Assembly (NCBI GenBank): GCA_034439575.1
Contig: JAWXAQ010000033.1
Span: 64,001-128,000, forward strand
DNA from: Leptospira sp.
GTDB taxonomy: Bacteria > Spirochaetota > Leptospiria > Leptospirales > Leptospiraceae
Direction: 5' to 3'
Length of the DNA stretch: 64,000 bases
A program made the translations under genes and the position numbers. Shown here piece after piece: positions 1 to 8,831 of this stretch. Each line of letters opens with the position of its first letter. The stretch's first letter is position 1. The notes below the pieces were generated by a model. That model was given only the letters and a program-made list of their open reading frames with translations, did not search any database and was not told where the DNA came from.

Positions 1-239
1 AATCAAATCTGCCAACACTTATTGCAACTATTCGCATCCCAGATGATGTCCAAATGAAGGGAAAGGTCAGAGAATTAATCATTAGCAAAAATGATTTAAA
101 GACCATTGTATTTAGAGACAAATTAGCAGACCATTTTAGAAAAGAAGCATCAGTTTATAAGTCTGATCAGGATATGATGGCATATCTGAATTTTATAATA
201 AAAGAAATTGAGTTTGGTTATGCGAAGTATATAAAATAA
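1..239 (+). CDS. 3' end of a hypothetical protein truncated by the window edge
   Basis: The frame of ORF 54..239 stays open back to position 3 (SNLPTLIATIRIPDDVQM...), so the real start lies upstream of the window. The stop at 237-239 abuts the convergent speD. Confidence 0.65.
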   Translation, partial: SNLPTLIATIRIPDDVQMKGKVRELIISKNDLKTIVFRDKLADHFRKEASVYKSDQDMMAYLNFIIKEIEFGYAKYIK

Positions 240-242
240 AAT

Positions 243-1004
243 TTAATGTATCATATGATACACTTCTTTCATTTCTTCACGAAGTAGTCTCATTTTTTCT
301 GGTACATCGGGATGGCTGATATCTTCTGGATTTAATAGATAACTTTCAGGACCTAGGTCTTTAATCATCATTTTTGTTTGCCAAGTATTGTCTTGAGGCA
401 TATTGATATCAGATAAGTAAGTATAATTTCGTTTGATGGCTGGTTTGATAAAATCTAAAATCGAATTAAAATGATGATCGTTATAAATCTTTTTGCCGTC
501 AGCTAAGCGTGTATAACCGCGAACTACATAATCGATATATACCACATCACATTCGAAGGCTTCGAATAAATAATTCATAGCATCAAGTGGAATGATTTCA
601 CCACAAGTCGAGATATCAATATCAACTCTAAAAGAACAAATGCCGTCAGGATCAGCGGCATCCGGATAGGTATGAACAGTGATATGTGATTTATCCAAAT
701 GCATGCTAACTTGTGCAGATGGAATCGGCGCCCCACCACCCTTGATATCACTCATCAAAACCATGGAAGATGCACCGACAGGGTCATAATCTTGTGAAGA
801 TACAGCAAGAATGTTAGCGTCGATCATTCTCACGATTTCAGTGGAAATTTCTGTAATTTTTGTAGCGTTATATTTGTCGTGAATGTAACTTACGTAATGC
901 GATTTTTGGTCGTCGTCTAAGGTGATGCAAAAATCATAAAGATTGAAACTAAGTACCTTGGTTAAATTGTTAAATCCAGATATCTTAATTTTTTCTTTAT
1001 CCAT
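243..1004 (-). CDS. speD: S-adenosylmethionine decarboxylase proenzyme (pyruvoyl-dependent, long E. coli-like type)
   Basis: GFNNLTKxLSFN N-terminus, HLDK/SHITVHTYP self-cleavage motif, DISTCG and DYxVRG motifs; SD-like AAGGA upstream. Confidence 0.9.
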   Translation of the reverse strand: MDKEKIKISGFNNLTKVLSFNLYDFCITLDDDQKSHYVSYIHDKYNATKITEISTEIVRMIDANILAVSSQDYDPVGASSMVLMSDIKGGGAPIPSAQVSMHLDKSHITVHTYPDAADPDGICSFRVDIDISTCGEIIPLDAMNYLFEAFECDVVYIDYVVRGYTRLADGKKIYNDHHFNSILDFIKPAIKRNYTYLSDINMPQDNTWQTKMMIKDLGPESYLLNPEDISHPDVPEKMRLLREEMKEVYHMIH

Positions 1005-1022
1005 TTTTACTTCCTTATTGGC

Positions 1023-1052
1023 AAAAACCTCGAACGAGCCATACTCGCAAGG
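1023..1052 (-). terminator. Possible weak intrinsic terminator between the decarboxylase gene and speD
   Basis: Minus strand reads CCTTG-CGAG-tatgg-CTCG-tt-CGAGG followed by TTTTT; the stem is bulged. Confidence 0.35.
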
Positions 1053-1059
1053 AGATTAT

Positions 1060-3324
1060 TTAAGCCTCAATGACGCAATCTACATAGTAGCGTAAAATGC
1101 CACCTTCATCAACCTCTTGGATGAGGCCATGGATATCCGTTTCAAAACCTGGGAACTTGCTATTGAAGTCTCGAGCAAATTTTAAGTAGTGAACAATTGT
1201 TTCATTGAAACATTCCCCAGGAATTAAGAGGGGAATGCCTGGTGGATATGGAGTGAGTAGGATACTTGTAATGCGACCAACTAAATCATCTATAACTACT
1301 CGTTCGATTTGTCTATGGGCCATCTTGGCATAAGCATCTGCCGGTGGCATAGATGGGACCATATTTGAAAGATACATTTCTGTTGTTAGGCGGGCGATGT
1401 CACTTGCTTTATAAATTTCATGAATTTGATCACTTAAATCTTTAAGACCTATGCGTTCATACTTTGGAAATTTTGCGACAAACTTTGGCATCACTCGCCA
1501 AACTGGTTTGTTTGCATCATAGTCATCTTTTAACTGTTGTAATTCGGTAACAAGTGTATTCCAGCGTCCTTTGGTGATGCCAATAGTAAACATGATGAAA
1601 AAAGAATATAATCCTGTTTTTTCTACGATGATGCCATGTTCGGACAAATATTTTGTAACGATGATCGCTGGAATCCCATTATCAGAAAATTTACCATCCA
1701 TATCGAGACCTGGAGTGATGATGGTTGATTTGATCGGATCAAGCATATTGAATCCAGGAGCCAATGGTCCAAATCCATGCCATTTATCTTCTGCTCGAAT
1801 CATCCAATCTTCACGAGTTCCGATGCCTTCATCAACAAGGTAATCAGGTCCCCATACTTTAAACCACCATGAATCACCAAACTCTTCATCCACCTTTCGC
1901 ATAGCGCGACGAAAGTCGAGAGCTTCTGCTATCGATTCTTCCACAAGAGCTGTTCCGCCAGGAGGCTCCATCATACTTGCGGCAACATCACATGAAGCAA
2001 TGATCGCATACTGTGGGCTAGTTGAAGAATGCATGTGATAGGCTTCATTAAATCTATGACGATCCAATTTTCTTGTTTGGGAGTCTTGCACAAGAATTTG
2101 AGACGCTTGTGATAAACCAGCCAGGAGTTTGTGCGTAGATTGTGTAGAGAACACTAGAGAATTTTCTGATCTAGGTCTATCTGGACCGATTGCGTGCATA
2201 CATTTATAAAATGGATGAAAGGATGCATGGGGAAGCCATGCTTCATCAAAATGAAGTGTATCTATAGCATCTCCTAGAATCTCTTTGATCATATCGACAT
2301 TGTACAATACGCCGTCATAAGTAGATTGTGTGATTGTGAGTATGCGAATTTTTGCCGAAGGATTTTCATCAAATGCTTGTTTGGCGATAGGATTTGATGC
2401 GATTTTCCTTCTGATTTCATCTGGTTGAAATTCTGACAAAGGAATGGGCCCAATGATTCCATAATGATTTCTCGTGGGCATCAAAAAAACGGGGATACCG
2501 CCTGTCATTGTTATGGCATGTAAAATAGATTTATGACAATTTCTATCAACGACAACTATATCACCAGGTGCTACAGTCGCATGCCAAACCATTTTATTTG
2601 AGGTGGATGTTCCATTGGTAACAAAGAATAGGTGATCTGCGTGAAAAATGCGAGCCGCATTATGTTCACTAGCGGCAACGGGTCCATTGTGGTCTAACAA
2701 TTGCCCAAGTTCATCAACAGAATTGCAAACATCAGCTCTTAACATATTTTCGCCAAAGAATTGATGAAACATATGACCGACTGGACTCTTAAGAAAGGCA
2801 ACTCCACCAGAATGTCCAGGGCAATGCCAAGAATAAGAACCATCTTGTGCGTAGTCAGTCAGAGCTTTGAAGAAAGGTGGCATAAGCCCTTTGAGATACG
2901 TCTTTGCTTCGCGAATGATATGGCGGGCAACAAACTCTGGAGTGTCCTCAAACATATGAATGAAGCCGTGCAATTCTTTGAGTATATCATTTGGAATATG
3001 GCGAACCGTTCTCGTTTCTCCATATAAAAAAAGCGGGATGTTATTGTTACGAAATCGAATTTCTTCTACAAAGGCACGAAGGTTATCTATAGCGGCAGTA
3101 GCGTCACTTGCACTCGAAAATTCTTCATCATCGATGGATAGAATAAATGCTGAGGCACGGCTTTGTTGTTGGGCAAAGGAACTAAGGTCACCATAACTTG
3201 TGACCCCTAAAACTTCCATGCCTTCGTCTTCTATGCTCTTTGCGAGAGCTCGAATGCCTAATCCACTTGTATTTTCCGAACGGAAATCTTCATCGATAAT
3301 AAATATAGGAAATCGAAATTTCAT
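1060..3324 (-). CDS. PLP-dependent lysine/arginine/ornithine decarboxylase with N-terminal wing domain
   Basis: Receiver-like wing domain, WHCPGHSGG, VTNGTSTSNK, DRNCHKS, HFDEAW, STHK (PLP lysine), PYPPGIP and FPGFETDIHG motifs. Substrate cannot be read from sequence. Confidence 0.92.
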   Translation of the reverse strand: MKFRFPIFIIDEDFRSENTSGLGIRALAKSIEDEGMEVLGVTSYGDLSSFAQQQSRASAFILSIDDEEFSSASDATAAIDNLRAFVEEIRFRNNNIPLFLYGETRTVRHIPNDILKELHGFIHMFEDTPEFVARHIIREAKTYLKGLMPPFFKALTDYAQDGSYSWHCPGHSGGVAFLKSPVGHMFHQFFGENMLRADVCNSVDELGQLLDHNGPVAASEHNAARIFHADHLFFVTNGTSTSNKMVWHATVAPGDIVVVDRNCHKSILHAITMTGGIPVFLMPTRNHYGIIGPIPLSEFQPDEIRRKIASNPIAKQAFDENPSAKIRILTITQSTYDGVLYNVDMIKEILGDAIDTLHFDEAWLPHASFHPFYKCMHAIGPDRPRSENSLVFSTQSTHKLLAGLSQASQILVQDSQTRKLDRHRFNEAYHMHSSTSPQYAIIASCDVAASMMEPPGGTALVEESIAEALDFRRAMRKVDEEFGDSWWFKVWGPDYLVDEGIGTREDWMIRAEDKWHGFGPLAPGFNMLDPIKSTIITPGLDMDGKFSDNGIPAIIVTKYLSEHGIIVEKTGLYSFFIMFTIGITKGRWNTLVTELQQLKDDYDANKPVWRVMPKFVAKFPKYERIGLKDLSDQIHEIYKASDIARLTTEMYLSNMVPSMPPADAYAKMAHRQIERVVIDDLVGRITSILLTPYPPGIPLLIPGECFNETIVHYLKFARDFNSKFPGFETDIHGLIQEVDEGGILRYYVDCVIEA

Positions 3325-3456
3325 TAATCTGAATTTACTCCCACATGACGCTCTAATTTTAAATTTGTAATCATCGAAAAAAGAGCGACACTAATTTGCA
3401 AAATCAAATATTTTTTTTCAATATATAAAAATTGGTAGATTAGGTAATTTTTACAA

Positions 3457-4293
3457 TTATCTAGAAATAATCCACTTTCCTTCCACCAAACTCAAATAAA
3501 GTGGGATCTCGGCACCATTCTTTCCCTTTAAAATGGAGTTTCCTTTTTTGTCAGAGATGTTTAATATTTTGTTATCACATAGCAATGAGTAGACGACATC
3601 CTTTTTGTTTAGTTTCCAGCTTGAACCAATTGCTTTAATCATATTTTTTAATTCTTTTCTTTCTGATTCGGCATTCATCGGATAGTATCTAGATTCGGAA
3701 GTGTCCTTGGTTCGGAAGTGAATTAAGGGTTCTATTTTTTTTGGGTCTTTTGTATTGAGTGCTTTTGTTAATTCTTCTGAAAACTTCATCGCCGCCTCTT
3801 TGGCATTAGCTGTGAGTTCTATTTTTTCTGCTTTTTCCCATAATTTTGAAGGTGGAATAAATGGAGGTACAAATTCTAAGTGAATCCATTCTTTACTTGG
3901 GGTTGTGTTGTTATCCTTTGGCCATTCAAAGTTTAAAAATTTTTCGCCTTCATCAGGGAATTGCCCTGCTTGGCCTATGACAAGATCGTAAGACGCTTTT
4001 GGAGAAAATTCGATTTCGCTTTTTTTCTTTTGTTTTCTTTCCGACAAACGGACAGAAATTATATTTTTTCCAGGCATGATCCAATAGTTAATATCTGCTT
4101 GGCCAGACGAATCTTCGTTAGATGCCCCATCCTTAATCACATAGCCATTCACGCTTAGTTCCATATTTACATCATAATTTTTGTAAGTTACGATATAATA
4201 ACCAGAAGTTGCGATTGGTTTTTTAGGCAAGGGTTCTTCACTTGCGAGAGAAAAAGTAAAACAAAGTAAAAATCCTATAAAAATCCGTATCAT
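3457..4293 (-). CDS. Exported hypothetical protein
   Basis: Long ORF; the second Met (MIRIFIGFLLCFTFSLA) begins a signal peptide and has AGGAG upstream. Confidence 0.75.
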   Translation of the reverse strand: MIRIFIGFLLCFTFSLASEEPLPKKPIATSGYYIVTYKNYDVNMELSVNGYVIKDGASNEDSSGQADINYWIMPGKNIISVRLSERKQKKKSEIEFSPKASYDLVIGQAGQFPDEGEKFLNFEWPKDNNTTPSKEWIHLEFVPPFIPPSKLWEKAEKIELTANAKEAAMKFSEELTKALNTKDPKKIEPLIHFRTKDTSESRYYPMNAESERKELKNMIKAIGSSWKLNKKDVVYSLLCDNKILNISDKKGNSILKGKNGAEIPLYLSLVEGKWIISR

Positions 4294-4397
4294 TTTATGC
4301 TCCTGAAACAAAAGTCTGAATCAGAATTGGATCATAAAATTAGGGAATGGTCTATTAAAAATCTTGCAGAATTAAAAATTGAAAGGAACTTTTCCAT

Positions 4398-5297
4398 GTG
4401 AGATATTTAATTTTTCTTCTTCTATCGATTCAATTCATATTTGTTGATTGCCATAGTTCCAAAACAGAAGCTGTTTATTTGCCAGAAGTTTTACCGACGG
4501 AAGAATCCATCAAAATCACACTTTCATCTGATTCGAGTTTGGCGGCTATCAAAAACAAAGCGGTAGAAATGAACAAATCCCTTGAAGTATGGAAAGACGA
4601 AGAAAAGAGAAATGTCTCCGATTCTGAGATTCAAATTTATTGGAAATCAAATAGAGGAAAACTAAATCCAGAGATAATGGATACCGATGCCATTGATCGC
4701 ATTAGAGATTCGATCCGTGTACGGCTTGCCTGGAGTCGAATTTTTTATAAATCTAAAGTTTCTATAAAAGAAATTCCTAGAAACAATGTCTCCGTATTAA
4801 ATCAGCTTAATTTAAAAGATAGCCCAACTCATGGCAAAAAAGGTGCTAGATGGACGATTATAGAATGGAGTGATTATTTGTGTACTTTTTGCAAACAAAC
4901 TTACCCATTCACTCGAAATATATTAAAAAATTATAAAAATCAAATATACTATGTTCATAAATCCTTCCCTTTGGATGAGGATTCGAAAGAAGGGAAGTTA
5001 GCACTTGCAATATCTAAGTGTTTGTGGAAATCAAATCCTTCCACATTTTTCGAAATGGAACCAATACTATACCGAGAGGCACAATCAATCGCCCGAGGCG
5101 AAGAAAAAGGATTTCAGAATTGTAGCTCCAAAGAATTGGATAATTCGTATTATTCTAAGGTAGACACAGATTTTAATGAAGCAAAAAAACTAGGAATCAT
5201 GTCTATCCCCACATTTTGGGTGAATGGCAGGTGGATTGTCGGGGCACTTGATGATACCAGTTGGGAAAAGGTATTACAGGATTCCAGACCGCAATAA
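4398..5297 (+). CDS. DsbA/thioredoxin-fold lipoprotein
   Basis: IIEWSDYLCTFC (CxxC), HKSFPL and GIMSIPTFWVNG (cis-Pro loop); N-terminal hydrophobic segment ending in Cys. Confidence 0.85.
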   Translation: MRYLIFLLLSIQFIFVDCHSSKTEAVYLPEVLPTEESIKITLSSDSSLAAIKNKAVEMNKSLEVWKDEEKRNVSDSEIQIYWKSNRGKLNPEIMDTDAIDRIRDSIRVRLAWSRIFYKSKVSIKEIPRNNVSVLNQLNLKDSPTHGKKGARWTIIEWSDYLCTFCKQTYPFTRNILKNYKNQIYYVHKSFPLDEDSKEGKLALAISKCLWKSNPSTFFEMEPILYREAQSIARGEEKGFQNCSSKELDNSYYSKVDTDFNEAKKLGIMSIPTFWVNGRWIVGALDDTSWEKVLQDSRPQ

Positions 5298-5359
5298 AAA
5301 ATTTCTTGCGCAATTGTTAGGAAGGCATTTTCTTTTTTAACACCTAAATAGGAATTTAT

Positions 5360-6829
5360 ATGAATCAAAAAAAACTATCCCTCTTACTTTTATGTTCGCT
5401 CATCTTATTCTCAGTCAATTGTGGAAAAAAACTTCATTTTTCTATGGTCACTGCTACCTCAATGGAAAATGGGTTACCGTTCCTAGTGTTAGATGGTAAA
5501 GAATGGAAAGCAGAACCAGGCGCTGAATTTGTAAAATTGCATTTTTATGCAGATGAAGCCTTTGCTCTGAGCAAAGTTTCTATTGAATCATGTTCAGGTA
5601 ATTTTAAAGATAGAGTTGCCGCTTATGTAAACTTTGATGAAGTTTATGGAAGCACAGATATTGAAAAATCAAATTCTGAAGTTATGTTTGAACCAGTGGT
5701 TCAAGCAAGGTCGGTAACTTTGAACTTCCAAAGAAACCAAGACATTTGTCTAAAAAGTGTAAAATTTTATGACGAAGCAAAAAAGAAATATAGGACCTAT
5801 ACTCCTGAAATTATAAAAGCAAAAGTATCGGCTTCAGAAACCGCTTCACCTGAGGCGAGTTATTCTGTCATGAATTTGTTTGATTCCAAATATGAAAATG
5901 CCTATGCTTCTGTGAAAGGTGGTGAAGGTGTAACATTTAATTTTGATTTTGAAGATGAACAAGATATCACAAAATTAAAAATTTGGAACGGTTACCAAAG
6001 ATCAGATGTACATTGTATAAAAAATGGTAGAATCAAAGAATTTACTTTAACAGGTGATAATGGATATTCTGAAAAATTAACAGTTGAAGATACTATGGGT
6101 AGCCAAGAATTAAATTTACCAAAACCATTTGAAGGCAAAAAACTCACGTTAAAAGTAAATTCACTTTATCCTGGTTATTCGGAAAAAGGATTTGTTTTAT
6201 CAGAATTACGATTTGGAAACAAAAGCGGATGGATCGCTGTAGATACTCTTCCAAAATCTAAAGACACTGCTGCGAAAAACTTTGACGCATTTACTAAGGC
6301 ATCTCTACGGAGAGTTTTGAATCGTGGACTGACCGGTATGGAAGCTGTTCAAATTTCGGAAGAAGTTGTAACAGATGTTCCGGCTGGTGCTGAGAATAAT
6401 GTCGAAATTGATGAAACAGTAGAAGCTCCTACTTCTTCGGATTGGACAATTCGACTTCGTTCCGATGGAACTTTTTTTCTAGAAGGATCAACTGCTCGCA
6501 CAAATTATGATGCGGGTCAAGAGAGTTCGCAAAAATTTTATGGTATGGGAAATTTTGAAATCAAGGATTCAGCTCCAGGAAAAATCGATCTAAGAATTTT
6601 TGGTTTTCTTCGCAAACAAACTTTCACAAACTTTTTGGATTATGGGGGCGGGGACTGCAATGGATGTGGGAGAGATTGCAATATCGTAAAAAATCCAGAT
6701 CCAAATGACACAGAAAAAATATTTCAAGAATTTGTAACCTTGCAATTGAAAGGAAAAAAATACTATCTTACGAATGCCAAAAAAACTCAAAATTTAGACT
6801 TTTCTACTTTGGAGCTCAGTTTAGAATAG
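5360..6829 (+). CDS. Lipoprotein with discoidin/glycan-binding-like beta-sandwich domain(s)
   Basis: Lipobox SVN-C; ASE...YSVMNLFD...AY, LKIWNGYQ...NGRIKE and LSELRF pattern typical of discoidin-like domains; CNGCGRDC near the C-terminus. Confidence 0.7.
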   Translation: MNQKKLSLLLLCSLILFSVNCGKKLHFSMVTATSMENGLPFLVLDGKEWKAEPGAEFVKLHFYADEAFALSKVSIESCSGNFKDRVAAYVNFDEVYGSTDIEKSNSEVMFEPVVQARSVTLNFQRNQDICLKSVKFYDEAKKKYRTYTPEIIKAKVSASETASPEASYSVMNLFDSKYENAYASVKGGEGVTFNFDFEDEQDITKLKIWNGYQRSDVHCIKNGRIKEFTLTGDNGYSEKLTVEDTMGSQELNLPKPFEGKKLTLKVNSLYPGYSEKGFVLSELRFGNKSGWIAVDTLPKSKDTAAKNFDAFTKASLRRVLNRGLTGMEAVQISEEVVTDVPAGAENNVEIDETVEAPTSSDWTIRLRSDGTFFLEGSTARTNYDAGQESSQKFYGMGNFEIKDSAPGKIDLRIFGFLRKQTFTNFLDYGGGDCNGCGRDCNIVKNPDPNDTEKIFQEFVTLQLKGKKYYLTNAKKTQNLDFSTLELSLE

Positions 6830-6836
6830 AGTTCGG

Positions 6837-7451
6837 ATGAACTCTTATTGTATAAAATGTTTTTGTATCACGTTTCTTCTCTTTTTTGCATTCAGTTGTG
6901 GGAAAGAGGAGAAATTTTCTAATGCCTCTGATGTAAATCAGGTAACGCCCGTTACGCCAATTAAATCAAATAGCGTTGAGATTACTGTCAATTGGGATTA
7001 TACACAGATTCCATTAAAGATGGAAATACGTGAACCTTCGGGTTCTCAAAGCTTAGCACTATGGACAACAGGTTCTATTGCACTTGGAAAGTCGGCACCT
7101 TACGGCTCTATGATTCCTGAAAATAAAATCTTCCTTAAACCTGGATCAAAAAAACAATTTTTACTAGTGATGCAAAATCCCAGTGCTGAACCTATCTATT
7201 TTTTTGCTGCACCTCATCAAGCGGTTCCCGTTGAACATAGCTTCGGATTTAAATTTAAATGTCTCTGCGTGAATCATGCGTTTACAGTTCCTGCAAAAGA
7301 AACTTGGTATAGAGTCGTTGAAATTCGATTGGCTCCAGATTTTTTAGGAGATCGCCTTACTTTGACGCATAACATTATCGGTATCAGCAAAGAACGTATG
7401 TTAGAATTTGAGAAAAGTGCGCAAAAAACAATTCCCCATGAAATGGATTGA
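6837..7451 (+). CDS. Lipoprotein with Cox11/CtaG-like CxC motif
   Basis: Lipobox FAFS-C; PHQAVP...KFKCLCVN resembles the Cox11 KxxCFCF copper site. Confidence 0.55.
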   Translation: MNSYCIKCFCITFLLFFAFSCGKEEKFSNASDVNQVTPVTPIKSNSVEITVNWDYTQIPLKMEIREPSGSQSLALWTTGSIALGKSAPYGSMIPENKIFLKPGSKKQFLLVMQNPSAEPIYFFAAPHQAVPVEHSFGFKFKCLCVNHAFTVPAKETWYRVVEIRLAPDFLGDRLTLTHNIIGISKERMLEFEKSAQKTIPHEMD

Positions 7452-7500
7452 TCATTTGATTTCTTATAAAATTTATATTTTTATTTACCTTTAATCAAAA

Positions 7501-8796
7501 ATGAATCTTCGCAAATTGATTTATGCTGGTGTATCGTCTGATAAGGACCTTGACTTTTCCCTTCGATTGCAACTGGCAAATATCTCCGCGATATTAGGTG
7601 TCATTTCAAACATAGGCTTTAGTATATTATTTTTAATTCTAGATACAAAAGGAAAATTGATTCTACCTATTATCAATACACCTTTTGGTATTCTTATTGG
7701 TTATTCTATATACTTAAATCATATTAAAAAATTCACGGCTTCAAGGATTATACTTTTAATTTCAATACCAACTGTAGTTCTCACTACAACTTTCCTTTTT
7801 TATGGAAATTTGTTAGGTGCTCATTACTTTTTTTTGCTTTTTAGTATGTTGCCTTTTATTATTCTTCCTTATTCGCAAAAACATTATATTCTAATTTATT
7901 TTTTTATTAATTTATTTCTTTTTTATTATATTGGTTTTGTTCACAATCCTCCACTTCTGACACCAGATAGTCCATTTTACAATTTAGAAGTCAGAGAAAC
8001 ATTTCAAAAGACTTCTATAGGATCTTGTTTTACAATCCTTGCGCTTATTCTTTTTTATTTTTTACGAAATACATTTCGGAATCAGTATGAATTGCAAAGA
8101 TCCATTTTATATAAAGATAGAATATTTTCGATACTTGCTCATGATCTTAAGGGACCCATTGGAAGTATGGGAACATTTTTGAGCATACTGATGGAGTCTT
8201 GGAAAAAATTTTCTGAAGAAGAGATCTATCAGGCATTAAAAGAATTACAAAAAAATGCAAATCAAAGTTATGTTGTATTGGAAAACTTATTAGAGTGGGT
8301 TAAAAAAGATACGAATCGCTTTAATTTTTTACCAGAACATACATATATAAAAAATATTGTCAAAGATGCCATGGAATTGTTTCAAATTCAATCGAGTGAA
8401 AAAAAAATCAAATGGCATATAAAGATAAACGAAAACCATCATGCTTACGTAGATGAAAGAATGATGGCCACTATATTCCGTAATTTATTTTCCAATGCTA
8501 TCAAATTTTCCAATATGAATGGGGATATCCATATAAGATCCGCTATGGAAGATAATCGATTGATTTTTGAAGTAGAAGATTTCGGAAAAGGAATCCCACC
8601 TGACAAACAAAACATGATATTGCAGGGCACACAAACAAAATCTGAATTTGGTACCTTAGGTGAAAGAGGAACAGGGATAGGATTACTTGTCACTGCGGAA
8701 CTATTGAAAGTTCAGAATGGTAGTTTTAAAATTGAAAGTAAAATGAATTTTGGAACCAAAATCATTCTTAGTTTACCAATTGCCCCGGAAAAGTAA
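7501..8796 (+). CDS. Multi-TM sensor histidine kinase
   Basis: Hydrophobic N-terminal half; AHDLKGP H-box, NLFSNAIKF N-box, DFGKGI and GTGIGL G-boxes. Confidence 0.92.
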   Translation: MNLRKLIYAGVSSDKDLDFSLRLQLANISAILGVISNIGFSILFLILDTKGKLILPIINTPFGILIGYSIYLNHIKKFTASRIILLISIPTVVLTTTFLFYGNLLGAHYFFLLFSMLPFIILPYSQKHYILIYFFINLFLFYYIGFVHNPPLLTPDSPFYNLEVRETFQKTSIGSCFTILALILFYFLRNTFRNQYELQRSILYKDRIFSILAHDLKGPIGSMGTFLSILMESWKKFSEEEIYQALKELQKNANQSYVVLENLLEWVKKDTNRFNFLPEHTYIKNIVKDAMELFQIQSSEKKIKWHIKINENHHAYVDERMMATIFRNLFSNAIKFSNMNGDIHIRSAMEDNRLIFEVEDFGKGIPPDKQNMILQGTQTKSEFGTLGERGTGIGLLVTAELLKVQNGSFKIESKMNFGTKIILSLPIAPEK

Positions 8797-8831
8797 TTAG
8801 AATGAATACAATATTTGTCTAATTATAGAAT

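Noticed and set aside
3346-3392. CGCTCT/AGAGCG inverted repeat upstream of the decarboxylase as a riboswitch
   Set aside because: Short stem with a long AT-rich loop; too small and featureless for a lysine or other known riboswitch.
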